A stretch of 64,000 bases of DNA from Alphaproteobacteria bacterium (GTDB taxonomy: Bacteria; Pseudomonadota; Alphaproteobacteria; SP197), in NCBI GenBank assembly GCA_965221115.1, contig CBDCRU010000001.1:1636912-1700911 (forward strand). Reading direction: 5' to 3'. This document shows, piece by piece, positions 1 through 9,663 of the stretch. Below the pieces are notes generated by a model that saw only the letters and a list, made by a program, of their open reading frames with translations, had not been told where the DNA came from and did no database searches. A program made the translations under genes and the position numbers. Position 1 is the first letter of the stretch; every line of letters begins with the position of its first letter.

Positions 1-302
1 AGATTCCCGGCGGTCTGCGCATGGCGATTGCTACCAGCCGGTACGACGGATACCTGGCGCTGGGCTGCGTGATCCGCGGCGAAACCTCCCACTACGATCA
101 CATCTGTACCGAGGTGGCGCGTGGGATCAATGATCTTGCGATCCGTTACATTGCCCCTGTCGGGTTCGGTGTCCTGACGGTGGAGAACTACGAACAGGCC
201 TGCGAGCGCGCGGATCCCGCACGCAGGAACAAGGGCAGGGAAGCAGCCATCGCCTGCATCAAGATGGTCGAACTCGCCGCCACCTTGCGTGTGACGGGAT
301 GA
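1..302 (+). CDS. ribH: 6,7-dimethyl-8-ribityllumazine synthase, C-terminal part (5' end outside window)
   Basis: Translation ...GCVIRGETSHYDHICTEVARGINDLAIRYIAPVGFGVLTVENYEQACERAD... matches the conserved lumazine synthase C-terminus. Followed directly by nusB as in the classic ribH-nusB arrangement. Frame is open to window edge. Confidence 0.85.
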   Translation, partial: IPGGLRMAIATSRYDGYLALGCVIRGETSHYDHICTEVARGINDLAIRYIAPVGFGVLTVENYEQACERADPARRNKGREAAIACIKMVELAATLRVTG

Positions 303-757
303 ATGCCGCGGCGGCCAGCCGCCGTGCGTCCCGGCTTGCTGCCGTCCAGGTTCTCTATGAAATCGACCGCAGAGCGGCGTCCGTCGAAGACGTAATTGCC
401 GCGGCGTGCGCCCAGGGTGCGGTCCTCGATGAGAGTGGGCTCAGCCATCCTGCCGATGAGCTTTTGCTGACGTCAGTTGCACGGGTTGCGATGGACCACC
501 GGGAGACCCTCGACGGCATGATCGACGATGCCCTGGCGTCGAGCTGGACAACGGCGCGTCTCGAGACCCTGATGCGGGCCGTTCTGCGTGCCGGTACAGG
601 AGAACTCCTTGTCAGCAGCGACGTGCCTGCGCGCGTGGTCATCAGCGACTATGTGGATATCGCCCATGCCTTCTGGGAACGCGGCGAGCCTGGCATGATC
701 AATGCCGTTCTCGATCGCCTGGCGCGCCGCCTGCGAGCAGCGGAGTTCGACACGTGA
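299..757 (+). CDS. nusB: transcription antitermination factor NusB
   Basis: 152-aa ORF starting RRASRLAAVQVLYEID..., NusB-like N-terminus. ATGA overlap with ribH stop. Conserved ribH-nusB-thiL order. Confidence 0.9.
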   Translation: MNAAAASRRASRLAAVQVLYEIDRRAASVEDVIAAACAQGAVLDESGLSHPADELLLTSVARVAMDHRETLDGMIDDALASSWTTARLETLMRAVLRAGTGELLVSSDVPARVVISDYVDIAHAFWERGEPGMINAVLDRLARRLRAAEFDT

Positions 758-1767
758 GCGGCGGTGACGAATTCACGGTCATTCGGGACGTGATGGCGCC
801 TCTCGCCCATCACCCTGGCGCGCGTGATCTTGACGATGACGGCGCGGTGCTGACAGTGCCGTCCGGCATGGACCTGGCGATCACCAAGGACATGATGGTC
901 GAGGGAGTCCACTTCCTCGCGGACGATCCGGCGGACCTCGTCGCCCGCAAGCTGCTCCGGACCAATCTTTCGGACCTTGCCGCCATGGGGGCACAACCGT
1001 GCGCTTATCTCCTGGGGCTCGCATCGGACCGGCGGCGAGGGCGGGAATGGCTGGAGGGGTTTGCCCGCGGTCTGGCGCGTGATCAGGAGGAGTACGGAGT
1101 CAGTCTGCTCGGTGGTGACACCGTGGCGGCCGAACGCGGTCTCCTGACTCTGTCGATCACCGCCTTCGGTGAGATTCCTGCCGGAATGTCCTTTGCCAGG
1201 GAACGGGCGATGGCGGGAGACGTGGTTGCCGTCACCGGAACCATCGGAGATGCGGCGCTGGGACTTCTCGTGCGCACCGGCGTCCTTCGCGGGCTCGGCA
1301 AATCGCTCGAAACCGGGCTGGTTTCCCGTTACCAGCTGCCGGAACCCCGAGTCTCTTCAGGCGTAGCCTTGCGCGGTGTCGTTCACGGCGCGATCGACAT
1401 CTCGGACGGCCTTCTCGCGGATGCATCACACATGGCTGCCGCGTCCGGAATCGCCATGGAACTTGCCGTTGAGGCCATTCCATTCTCCGACGCCACTAGG
1501 CAGGCGATCCACCGCGATCCGGCGTTGCGCGACCGGGCGCTCTGCGGAGGAGACGATTATGAACTCCTCGTGACCCTGACTCCCGGTGACGTGGCCCGTG
1601 CCCGCAACATCGTCCGGCGATGCGGAACCTCCCTGACGGTGATCGGACGCTGCCAGGAGGGTTCCGGTGTCACCTTTCTCGATGACGAGGGCTTACCTCT
1701 CGACATCGTTGATACCGGATGGCGCCACAGCGTCCTGGCGGCGGGTCCCCTGGACCAGGGCCATTGA
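754..1767 (+). CDS. thiL: thiamine-monophosphate kinase
   Basis: 337-aa ORF with GVHF, AMG and GGDDYELL motifs typical of AIR-synthase-related ThiL. GTG start overlapping nusB stop. Confidence 0.9.
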   Translation: MSGGDEFTVIRDVMAPLAHHPGARDLDDDGAVLTVPSGMDLAITKDMMVEGVHFLADDPADLVARKLLRTNLSDLAAMGAQPCAYLLGLASDRRRGREWLEGFARGLARDQEEYGVSLLGGDTVAAERGLLTLSITAFGEIPAGMSFARERAMAGDVVAVTGTIGDAALGLLVRTGVLRGLGKSLETGLVSRYQLPEPRVSSGVALRGVVHGAIDISDGLLADASHMAAASGIAMELAVEAIPFSDATRQAIHRDPALRDRALCGGDDYELLVTLTPGDVARARNIVRRCGTSLTVIGRCQEGSGVTFLDDEGLPLDIVDTGWRHSVLAAGPLDQGH

Positions 1768-1793
1768 ATTTGCGTGCGTGATCTGTCTATAAA
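1764..1793 (+). promoter_or_regulatory. candidate sigma70-type promoter for hppA (TTGAAT-18nt-TATAAA)
   Basis: TTGAAT at 1764-1769 and TATAAA at 1788-1793, spacer 18 nt. Lies in an AT-richer patch between thiL stop and hppA start. Sequence-only call. Confidence 0.25.
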
Positions 1794-1895
1794 CCATCCT
1801 TCCTGAATTCGCGGACTGCGTCGGACAACGGCCGGGTCCGGCGCTGCGCCTCAGGAACATCCCGGCCGGACTTCACGTCAGGGAGCAAGGGAACG

Positions 1896-3977
1896 ATGGA
1901 TCCCCTTTACTTTGCCATCGCCTGTGGCGTCGTGGCAGTTCTTTATGGATTGCTGGCAATTCGCAAGGTCATGGCGCAGAGCGCGGGCAGTGAGCGGATG
2001 CAGGACATTGCCGCCGCCATCCAGGAAGGCGCGCAGGCCTATCTCAACAGGCAATACCTGTCGGTTGCCATCGTCGGCGTGGTGATCTTCGTGCTGCTTC
2101 TGGTGGCGCTGGGCACCAGCCAGGCAGTCGGCTTTGCCATTGGCGCCATTCTTTCGGGGGCCGCGGGCTACACGGGAATGCTGGTGTCGGTGCGCGCCAA
2201 CGTGCGAACCGCTGAAGCGGCCCGCGAGAGCCTCGAGCGGGCGTTGTCGGTTGCCGTCAATGCCGGCACGGTCACGGGAATCCTGGTCGTCGGCCTGGGG
2301 CTTCTTGGCGTCGCCGTCTATTTTCTCGTCCTGCTTGATCTTGGCGTCGCGCAGCGCGAGGTCGTCGAGGCCCTGGTTGCCCTGGGCTTCGGTGGATCCC
2401 TGATTTCTATCTTTGCACGACTGGGCGGTGGCATCTTCACCAAGGGTGCGGACGTCGGCGCCGATCTCGTGGGCAAGGTGGAAGCCGGCATTCCCGAGGA
2501 CGATCCCCGCAATCCGGCCGTGATCGCCGACAATGTCGGCGACAACGTCGGCGATTGCGCCGGCATGGCCGCCGATCTCTTCGAGACCTACGCCGTCACC
2601 TTCGTTGCCACCATTCTCCTTGGCACCATTTTCTTCGACGGCGCGGCGGAAGCGAGCATGATGGTCTTCCCCCTCGTCCTGGGAGGCGCCTGCATCCTGG
2701 GTACAATTCTGGGCAGCTTCTTCATGAAGCTGGGTCGTGGCGGCAACATCATGTGGGCGCTCTACAAGGGATTCATCGTGACGTCGGTGATTTCCGCACT
2801 GCTGTTCATCCCGGTGACGGACTGGGTGATCGGTCTCGACAGCGAGTTTACCGTCGCCGGCACCTCGTTCACCGGCTGGGACATGTTCGTGTGCGGCATT
2901 CTCGGACTTGTCATCACCGGCCTGCTGATCGTCATCACGGAGTACTACACCTCGACGGAGTACCGCCCCGTGCGGGTCATCGCGAAAGCCTCGACGACGG
3001 GGCACGGGACCAACATCATCCAGGGCCTTGCCCTGTCGATGGAAGCCACCGCCGCACCGGTGATCGTCATCGCGGCCGGTATCGTCGTTGGCTACCTGAT
3101 TGCCGGCCTGTTCGGCATTGCCATCACTGTGACCACGATGCTGGCGCTGGCCGGAGTCGTGGTCACCCTCGATGCCTACGGACCGGTCACCGACAACGCG
3201 GGCGGCATTGCCGAGATGGCCGAACTGCCGGAGGAGGTGCGAAAGACGACCGATGCCCTCGATGCCGTTGGCAACACGACCAAGGCGGTGACAAAGGGCT
3301 ACGCCATCGGCTCGGCCGGACTGGCGGCACTCGTCCTGTTTGCCGCCTATGTCGAGGATCTCTCGCACTACTTCCCGGACCTCGATGTCACGTTCCGCCT
3401 CAGTGACCCCTTCGTGGTGGTCGGCCTCTTCATTGGCGGCTTGCTGCCCTACCTCTTCGGATCCCTGGCGATGCAGGCTGTCGGCCGCGCCGCGGGTTCC
3501 GTGGTGGAGGAGGTCAGGCGCCAGTTCCGCGAGATCGCCGGGATCATGGAAGGAACGGCAAGGCCTGACTACAGCCGGGCGGTTGACATGCTGACGAAGG
3601 CGGCCATCCGCGAGATGATCATTCCCTCGCTGCTGCCGGTCCTGGCGCCGATCGTGCTGTGGCTCGTCATCCGGGCGATCGCGGGCGAAGTGGCAGCCTT
3701 TGCGTCACTCGGCGCGATGCTGCTGGGCACAATCGTGACAGGGCTCTTCGTGGCGCTTTCAATGACGTCGGGTGGTGGCGCTTGGGATAATGCCAAGAAG
3801 TACATCGAGGACGGACATCATGGCGGCAAGGGTTCGGAGGCCCACCATGCTGCCGTGACCGGTGACACCGTGGGAGATCCCTACAAGGACACGGCAGGCC
3901 CGGCTGTCAATCCAATGATCAAGATCGTCAACATCGTCGCCCTGTTGCTTCTTGCCACGCTCGGTGGCTGGTCCTGA
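1896..3977 (+). CDS. hppA: membrane-bound proton-translocating pyrophosphatase (H+-PPase)
   Basis: 693-aa polytopic membrane protein. Has the GGG(I/L)FTK...DNVGDNVGD(C/I)AGM...DTxGDP signature motifs of V-type H+-PPases. Good SD (AAGGGAA) 6 nt upstream. Confidence 0.95.
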   Translation: MDPLYFAIACGVVAVLYGLLAIRKVMAQSAGSERMQDIAAAIQEGAQAYLNRQYLSVAIVGVVIFVLLLVALGTSQAVGFAIGAILSGAAGYTGMLVSVRANVRTAEAARESLERALSVAVNAGTVTGILVVGLGLLGVAVYFLVLLDLGVAQREVVEALVALGFGGSLISIFARLGGGIFTKGADVGADLVGKVEAGIPEDDPRNPAVIADNVGDNVGDCAGMAADLFETYAVTFVATILLGTIFFDGAAEASMMVFPLVLGGACILGTILGSFFMKLGRGGNIMWALYKGFIVTSVISALLFIPVTDWVIGLDSEFTVAGTSFTGWDMFVCGILGLVITGLLIVITEYYTSTEYRPVRVIAKASTTGHGTNIIQGLALSMEATAAPVIVIAAGIVVGYLIAGLFGIAITVTTMLALAGVVVTLDAYGPVTDNAGGIAEMAELPEEVRKTTDALDAVGNTTKAVTKGYAIGSAGLAALVLFAAYVEDLSHYFPDLDVTFRLSDPFVVVGLFIGGLLPYLFGSLAMQAVGRAAGSVVEEVRRQFREIAGIMEGTARPDYSRAVDMLTKAAIREMIIPSLLPVLAPIVLWLVIRAIAGEVAAFASLGAMLLGTIVTGLFVALSMTSGGGAWDNAKKYIEDGHHGGKGSEAHHAAVTGDTVGDPYKDTAGPAVNPMIKIVNIVALLLLATLGGWS

Positions 3978-3988
3978 CGTGGTTTCTT

Positions 3989-4041
3989 CCCGGAACGCGG
4001 AGCAGCAGCCTTTCCGATGAGGCCTGCGTTCCGGGGTTTCC
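3989..4041. terminator. GC-rich inverted repeat between convergent hppA and bamE (possible bidirectional terminator)
   Basis: CCCGGAACGC (3989-3998) and GCGTTCCGGG (4026-4035) are perfect reverse complements, followed by GTTTCC. The ~27-nt loop is atypical for a simple intrinsic terminator. Confidence 0.3.
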
Positions 4042-4187
4042 ACCCCTCTTTCGGCCGCAGGGCAAGGGGGGATCGTCACCAGCCATGTTTCGACACGCCC
4101 AGACGGGGAAGGGCCCCCTCGATCCCTGACAGGGCCGGGTTTCGGAGAGCAGGGTAGTTTCCCTGCCTCCGATCCATGGTGTGCGCT

Positions 4188-4655
4188 TCAGGGTGTGGGG
4201 AACTGGGCCGTGGTTCCGGGTGCGTCGAAGCGCCCGATATTGCCGAGCAGTTGTTCGAGGAGGCCGAGATCGCGTCCGTGCGTTGGTGTGGCGCGGGAAA
4301 CGGGATCGATCACGATGCCGTCCTCGATTGTCAGCATGGCAACCTCCTCGACGATTCCCGACGAATCAAAGGCGATGGCGACTACGGTCTGCGATTCCGT
4401 TTCGGGAAGGGAGAGAATTGAAGTGGTCCGGTACTGGCTGATGTAGAACCACGTGTCTTCGCCAAAGAGCGAACGCGACGATGGCGTTCCCAGCCTGCGG
4501 GTCACCTCGCTCCTGTGGTCGATGCCAGGCTCGATACCGGCCACAATCTCCCGATCCAGCACCTGGCCATGCCTTGAGACACGAGGCTCGCACGCCGCGA
4601 GTACCGTGGCGACAAGGACTGCAGCGGCTATGGTCGCAAGTTGGAAAGGTGTCAT
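4188..4655 (-). CDS. bamE: outer membrane protein assembly factor BamE (SmpA/OmlA lipoprotein)
   Basis: Internal ATG at 4655 gives a 155-aa protein MTPFQLATIAAAVLVATVLAAC... with a lipobox (LAAC). The remainder resembles SmpA_OmlA. The upstream 77 codons of the 232-aa track ORF are rejected as an extension. Confidence 0.75.
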   Translation of the reverse strand: MTPFQLATIAAAVLVATVLAACEPRVSRHGQVLDREIVAGIEPGIDHRSEVTRRLGTPSSRSLFGEDTWFYISQYRTTSILSLPETESQTVVAIAFDSSGIVEEVAMLTIEDGIVIDPVSRATPTHGRDLGLLEQLLGNIGRFDAPGTTAQFPTP

Positions 4656-4718
4656 TGACCGGACCGGTTCGTGGACGTATTGAGGCCACGAACGGCGAGA
4701 CAAGTCAATCCTGCAGAC

Positions 4719-5273
4719 ATGGTCACGTGGAAAGCCGTGCGACGGCTGTTCAATCGCTCCCGTTTCAGCGAGCGCGCCCATCTTCTCTACGACGCCGTTG
4801 TGGCCCAGGCTCGTACACCAGCCCTGTTCCGGTGCCATGCCATTCCCGATACTCTCGATGGCCGTTTCGAGTTTCTCGTGCTTCATGTGCTCCTCGTGAT
4901 GCGTCGACTGAGGTCCAGCGGTGCCGAAGGAGACGACGCGGCGCAGGAACTCTTCGATCTCGTGTTTGCCGATCTCGATCGGGCACTGCGTGAGACCGGT
5001 GTCGGCGATCTCAAGGTGGGCTCACGGGTCCGCCGGATGGCCCAGGCCTATTTCGGACGTGCCCGTGCCCTCGATGATGCACTGGCGACCGCCGTGCCGG
5101 ACACCCTCAACAAGGCGCTGGAACGGAATGTCTACGGCACGGTGTCCGTCGAGCCAGAGACGGTCAGTCGGTTGGCATGCTATGTGCGCCGCCAGGTGGC
5201 GCACCTGGACGGCATGGACAATCATCGTGTGGTCACCGGCCACATCGATTTTGCACACGTGGAGGGCGAGTGA
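4719..5273 (+). CDS. ubiquinol-cytochrome c chaperone family protein (Ubiq_cyt_C_chap domain)
   Basis: ...RLFNRSRFSERAHLLYDAVVAQARTPALF...IPDTLDGRFEFLVLHVLLVMRRL...LFDLVFADLDRALRETGVGDL... matches the alphaproteobacterial CBP3-like family found next to yceD-rpmF. Start uncertain: ATG 4719 chosen, an in-frame TTG at 4671 is the alternative. Confidence 0.65.
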   Translation: MVTWKAVRRLFNRSRFSERAHLLYDAVVAQARTPALFRCHAIPDTLDGRFEFLVLHVLLVMRRLRSSGAEGDDAAQELFDLVFADLDRALRETGVGDLKVGSRVRRMAQAYFGRARALDDALATAVPDTLNKALERNVYGTVSVEPETVSRLACYVRRQVAHLDGMDNHRVVTGHIDFAHVEGE

Positions 5274-5275
5274 TC

Positions 5276-5797
5276 ATGCAGATCCACCCTTTTTCACGAC
5301 CTTTCGACGTAAGCCGTCTTGGTGATGGCAACACCCGACACGAACAAGTCGAGGCGACGCCAGGGGAATGCGATCGCCTGGCACGGTTTCTCGGAACGGT
5401 TGCCGTGCACCGTCTTCGGGCTGATGTCTCGCTGACTCGTCATGGCCGTCAGGTCCGGGCTGAATTCCGCGTTCGTGCCGACATCGTCCAGTCCTGTGTC
5501 GTCACTCTGGAAGATCTCGAAACAGCACTGGACGAGGAATATTCCTTGGTCTTCGATCCGGACGTCAGGCCAAGCGGCGAGTTCGACGAGCCTCTCTCCG
5601 TGACCGATGACGACCCGCCGGAGCCCCTTGTGGATGAAATGGTCGATGTTGGTGTTGCCGTCAGCGAGATGATGGCGCTTTCCCTGGATCCGTGGCCGCG
5701 CAAGCCGGGAGCCGAGATCGACAGCGACTTCGTCGCCGTCCAATCCCTCCACACATCACCCTTCGCCGTCCTGAAGTCCCTCAAGGAGGATGATTGA
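5276..5797 (+). CDS. yceD: YceD/DUF177 family protein (23S rRNA accumulation protein)
   Basis: 173-aa acidic protein directly upstream of rpmF-plsX, the conserved yceD position. Internal ATG at 5276 chosen over the 5177 extension. Confidence 0.75.
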   Translation: MQIHPFSRPFDVSRLGDGNTRHEQVEATPGECDRLARFLGTVAVHRLRADVSLTRHGRQVRAEFRVRADIVQSCVVTLEDLETALDEEYSLVFDPDVRPSGEFDEPLSVTDDDPPEPLVDEMVDVGVAVSEMMALSLDPWPRKPGAEIDSDFVAVQSLHTSPFAVLKSLKEDD

Positions 5798-5866
5798 GCG
5801 GTTGTTCTCCCGGTGAAACGCGATTATAGAGGTCGGCGGTCTCCAAATGCGTCGAGGGCGCAAGTC

Positions 5867-6052
5867 ATGGCAGTTCCCAAGAAGAAAGTGTCCCGTTCCC
5901 GGCGCGGTCAACGCCGGTCTCACAAGGGCCCGGGCGTTGTCGGCACGATCGAATGCGCCCATTGCGGCGAAATCAAGCTTCCCCACCATGTGTGCAGGTT
6001 CTGCGGCCACTACCGTGACCGTCCGGTCATGGAACCCAGGCAGGCTTACTGA
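5867..6052 (+). CDS. rpmF: 50S ribosomal protein L32
   Basis: MAVPKKKVSRSRRGQRRSH... is the canonical L32 N-terminus. 61 aa. Confidence 0.9.
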   Translation: MAVPKKKVSRSRRGQRRSHKGPGVVGTIECAHCGEIKLPHHVCRFCGHYRDRPVMEPRQAY

Positions 6053-6073
6053 GTCCGACTGCATGCTGCGCTG

Positions 6074-7123
6074 ATGACCGCTTCCAAGGTCCTTGCCCTT
6101 GACGCCATGGGGGGCGACCGGGCTCCTGGAATCGTGGTGGCCGGCGCCAACATGGCCATGAAGCGCTTTCCGGATGCCCGTTTTCGTCTTGTCGGCAAGC
6201 CGGACCGGATCGGAAAGATCCTGCGCCGATTCCCGAAACTGGCCAATGTCTCGGAAGTCGTTCCTGCGGACGTGGTGATCGAGTCCGACATGAAACCATC
6301 CCTGGCACTGCGGCGGGGTGCGGGTTCCAGCATGAAGCTCGCCATCGACGACGTGCGTTCGGGCCGGGCCGCGGGCGTCGTGTCTGCCGGCAACACCGGC
6401 GCCATGATGGCGATGGCCAAGCTGGTTCTGAGGACCCTTCCGGGCATTCGCCGTCCGGCCATCGCCTCAACCTATCCGACACTGCGTGGTCAGTCGGTCA
6501 TGCTTGACCTGGGCGCAAACATCGAGTGCGACGCCGACGACCTCGTTCAGTTCGCCATCATGGGGGCTGCGTTTGCACGCAGCGTCCAGGGGCTCAGCGA
6601 GCCGACCGTCGGCCTGCTCAATGTCGGCAGCGAGGAAGCAAAGGGACATGGTGAAATTCGCCGGGCCGCCGAGATCCTCAAGTCTTCCAGCCTGCCACTC
6701 AGGTTCCACGGCTTTATCGAGGGCAACGACATCACAGAAGGTACCGTCGATGTCGTCGTTGCCGACGGGTTCTCCGGGAATATCGCGCTCAAGACCTTCG
6801 AGGGGACGGCGAATCTCTATACGGGATTCCTGCGTGCGACTTTCCGCCGCTCCGTCTTTTCCAAACTGGGTTATCTGCTGGCCAAACCCGCTCTGATGGC
6901 GCTCAAGAACAGGGTCGATCCCCGGCGTTACAACGGAGGCATGTTTCTCGGCCTCAATGGCGTGGCGGTCAAGAGCCACGGCGGTACCGATGCCAGGGGT
7001 TTCGCCAATGCCATCGGCTTTGCCCTCGACATGATGAGCGAAGGATTCAACGACAAGGTGATCCTCGATCTCCGGAACGTTACGGACGGGACGATCCCGC
7101 TCGGGGGAGCCGCCACCAAGTGA
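6074..7123 (+). CDS. plsX: phosphate acyltransferase PlsX
   Basis: 349-aa [12 protein letters not shown]...GNTGAMMA motifs. rpmF-plsX-fabH synteny. Confidence 0.92.
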   Translation: MTASKVLALDAMGGDRAPGIVVAGANMAMKRFPDARFRLVGKPDRIGKILRRFPKLANVSEVVPADVVIESDMKPSLALRRGAGSSMKLAIDDVRSGRAAGVVSAGNTGAMMAMAKLVLRTLPGIRRPAIASTYPTLRGQSVMLDLGANIECDADDLVQFAIMGAAFARSVQGLSEPTVGLLNVGSEEAKGHGEIRRAAEILKSSSLPLRFHGFIEGNDITEGTVDVVVADGFSGNIALKTFEGTANLYTGFLRATFRRSVFSKLGYLLAKPALMALKNRVDPRRYNGGMFLGLNGVAVKSHGGTDARGFANAIGFALDMMSEGFNDKVILDLRNVTDGTIPLGGAATK

Positions 7124-8130
7124 TCATCCGCCGGTCGGCCGTTGTTGCCACAGGGTCCTATCTCCCCGAACGCCGTATCACCAATCAAGAACTCGCAGAT
7201 CGCCTCGACACATCGGACGCGTGGATACGCGAACGTACCGGCATCATGCAGCGCCATGTCGCTGCCGAAGGGGAGACGACCTCCGATCTTGCCTGTCATG
7301 CCGCGAGGCGGGCCCTGGCGCGAGGCAACCTTGGTGTTGCCGACATCGACTGCATTGTGGTGGCCACGGCGACACCTGACTACACCTTTCCGGCGACGGC
7401 CACGCAGGTGCAGGCAATGCTGGGCATGACCCACGGCTTTGCTCTTGATGTTCACGCGGTCTGCACGGGGTTCGTTTACGGCCTTGCCGTTGCCGACAAC
7501 TTCATTCGCCTGGGTCAGGCCGACAGGGTGCTTCTCGTCGGCGCCGAGACCTTCTCGCGCATTCTGGACTGGGACGACCGCAGCACCTGCGTGCTGTTCG
7601 GGGACGGCGCCGGCGCCGTCATCCTTGAGGCGGCGACCGGAGACTGTGGCGTTCTGTCGACTCATCTTCATTCCGATGGCCGATACCGGGACATGCTGCA
7701 TGTGGACGGCGGACCATCAACGACACGACACGTCGGCCATTTGAAGATGAACGGGCGTGAGGTGTTTCGCCATGCCACACGAAGGTTGACGGAAGTCGTC
7801 GAAGAGGCCTTGCTGGCCAACGGAATCGAGGCTTCGGCGGTGGACTGGCTGGTGCCGCATCAGGCCAACCGGAGGATCATTGATGCGACGGCGCGCAAGC
7901 TTGGCCTGGCGTCTGACAGGGTTATCGTCACCATCGACCGCCACGCCAACACCTCTGCCGCGTCGATTCCTCTGGCCCTTGCCGAGGCCACGGCGGACGG
8001 CCGCATCTCTCCGGGAGACCTGGTGCTCATCGAAGCCATGGGGGGCGGGTTCACATGGGGGGCGGCGCTCATAAGGTGGTCGGCGGCATCCCGGATAGAA
8101 GCCTCTCCAACAGGGGAGGTGGTGCGTTGA
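7120..8130 (+). CDS. fabH: 3-oxoacyl-[acyl-carrier-protein] synthase III
   Basis: 336-aa ORF with the Cys-containing AFDV..AVCTGF active-site region and C-terminal [10 protein letters not shown] typical of FabH/KAS III. GTG start overlapping plsX stop. Confidence 0.92.
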   Translation: MIIRRSAVVATGSYLPERRITNQELADRLDTSDAWIRERTGIMQRHVAAEGETTSDLACHAARRALARGNLGVADIDCIVVATATPDYTFPATATQVQAMLGMTHGFALDVHAVCTGFVYGLAVADNFIRLGQADRVLLVGAETFSRILDWDDRSTCVLFGDGAGAVILEAATGDCGVLSTHLHSDGRYRDMLHVDGGPSTTRHVGHLKMNGREVFRHATRRLTEVVEEALLANGIEASAVDWLVPHQANRRIIDATARKLGLASDRVIVTIDRHANTSAASIPLALAEATADGRISPGDLVLIEAMGGGFTWGAALIRWSAASRIEASPTGEVVR

Positions 8131-8210
8131 AATGCCATGGCTTTCAACCGGTTGCAGTTACAAAATCTCCCCGATAGAGTGGGTTGTCGCAACGCAGGGA
8201 GAAGCGCGGG

Positions 8211-8531
8211 ATGCCTGGCAAAGCCTTGACACGAGCCGACATCGCCACGGCCCTCCACCAGAAGGTCGGTCTTTCCTTCAGGGAGTCGGCTGATGTCGTG
8301 GACTTTGTGATCGATGAGATTTGCGATGCGGTCGTACGGGGGGAATACGTAAAGATCGCGACCTTCGGCAGCTTCCGCCTACGTGACAAGAAGGCGCGTG
8401 TCGGCCGCAACCTCAAGACTCTGGAAGAGGTCACGATCAGTGAACGTCGCGTGTTGCTGTTCCGCCCGTCCCAGCACTTGAGACGCCGGGTGGCCTCGGG
8501 GTCGGTCGACGAAGGTTCAGGAGATCCATGA
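8211..8531 (+). CDS. ihfA: integration host factor subunit alpha
   Basis: [74 protein letters not shown] is a clear IHF/HU fold with the IhfA pattern. ATG 8211 with AGGGAGA SD preferred over TTG 8184. Confidence 0.85.
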   Translation: MPGKALTRADIATALHQKVGLSFRESADVVDFVIDEICDAVVRGEYVKIATFGSFRLRDKKARVGRNLKTLEEVTISERRVLLFRPSQHLRRRVASGSVDEGSGDP

Positions 8532-8866
8532 ATTCCGGCAGCAAGGCGGCCACGGCATTCCGCACCATCGGCGAGGTGGCGAAAGAGCTCAAGCTCGACA
8601 CACACGTCCTCCGGTTCTGGGAATCGAAGTTTCCGCAGGTCAGGCCGTTCAGGGGCGCCGGCAACAGGCGCTACTATCGTCCCGAAGACGTGGATGTCCT
8701 CAGGAAGATCAAGCGTCTTCTCCATGAGGAAGGCTATACGATCGAGGGTGCCCTGCGCCTGCTCAGCGGCTCTTCGGCAGTTGAGCCCCGCGACGGCCAC
8801 GAGACCGTCCGCCAGGCCGTGAAGGAACTCGAAGAAGTGCGGCGGTTGCTGGCGAGTGTGACTTGA
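8528..8866 (+). CDS. MerR-family transcriptional regulator (conserved partner of ihfA in alphaproteobacteria)
   Basis: N-terminal [29 protein letters not shown] is typical of MerR. 112 aa. Confidence 0.8.
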   Translation: MNSGSKAATAFRTIGEVAKELKLDTHVLRFWESKFPQVRPFRGAGNRRYYRPEDVDVLRKIKRLLHEEGYTIEGALRLLSGSSAVEPRDGHETVRQAVKELEEVRRLLASVT

Positions 8867-8884
8867 GCTATGTCGGTTCCGGTT

Positions 8885-8961
8885 CGGAGCGTGGCGCAGC
8901 CTGGTAGCGCAACGGTCTGGGGGACCGTAGGTCGCAGGTTCAAATCCTGCCGCTCCGACCA
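8885..8961 (+). tRNA. tRNA-Pro (anticodon GGG)
   Basis: 77-nt cloverleaf folded by hand. Acceptor CGGAGCG/CGCTCCG, D-arm GCGC-AGCCTGGTA-GCGC, anticodon stem ACGGT/ACCGT with loop CTGGGGG, T-arm GCAGG-TTCAAAT-CCTGC, 3' ACCA encoded. Confidence 0.85.
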
Positions 8962-8985
8962 CTTCTCCTCCGTTTCGCCCTAGCG

Positions 8986-9663
8986 ATGACTGTCGAGCGC
9001 GACATCGATGTCATGGACCGGCTCATCGACGTGTCCGGCAAGCGTATCGTTGATGCCGGGTGCGGGGAGGGCGGCCTTGCCCGGGCCCTTGCCGAACGCG
9101 GTGCCGAAGTCATCGCACTTGAACCCGACCCGGTTCAGGCAGCCACCAACCGGAATGAACTCGCGGGCGGACCGATTTCCTTCTTTGAAGCCGGCGCCGA
9201 AGCGATGCCGGTTGACGATGGCTGTGTCGATGGCGTCATCTTCAGCAAGTCCCTGCATCACGTGCCGGTCGCCCTCATGGATGATGCGATCGGAGAAGCG
9301 AAGCGTGTTCTCAGATCCGGCGGCTTTCTCTATGTGCTCGAACCGGAGGCAGGCGGCAGTTACACGGAGTTGGCGAAGCCGTTTCACGACGAAACCGCGG
9401 AACGGCGCGCGGCACAGGATGTGTTGACGGAATCAACCGCAGGCGCCTTCCTCTCGCAGTTGGAAGTGCGATTTGTCGTACGCTACACGTTTACAGACTT
9501 CGAGACGTTCGTCTGCGGTGTAACAGCGCAAAGCTACAACGCCATTCCCCGCGAGGCGGTCGACACGCCCGCTGTGCGGGCGGTTTTCGAGGCGGCGCGT
9601 AATGCCACCGGTTATGCCTTCGATCAGCACATGCGTGTCAACCTCTTTACCGGCCGCACATGA
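8986..9663 (+). CDS. class I SAM-dependent methyltransferase
   Basis: Motif I VDAGCGEGGLARALAERGAEVIALEPD and post-I acidic residue. Methyltransf_11/25-like. 225 aa. Confidence 0.75.
   Translation: MTVERDIDVMDRLIDVSGKRIVDAGCGEGGLARALAERGAEVIALEPDPVQAATNRNELAGGPISFFEAGAEAMPVDDGCVDGVIFSKSLHHVPVALMDDAIGEAKRVLRSGGFLYVLEPEAGGSYTELAKPFHDETAERRAAQDVLTESTAGAFLSQLEVRFVVRYTFTDFETFVCGVTAQSYNAIPREAVDTPAVRAVFEAARNATGYAFDQHMRVNLFTGRT

Noticed and set aside
1878-3368. 496-aa minus-strand ORF antisense to hppA
   Set aside because: Same high-GC antisense artefact. hppA on the plus strand has unambiguous family motifs.
8144-8962. 272-aa minus-strand ORF covering ihfA, the MerR gene and tRNA-Pro
   Set aside because: It begins inside the tRNA-Pro reverse complement and runs antisense through two well-supported genes. 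Artefact.
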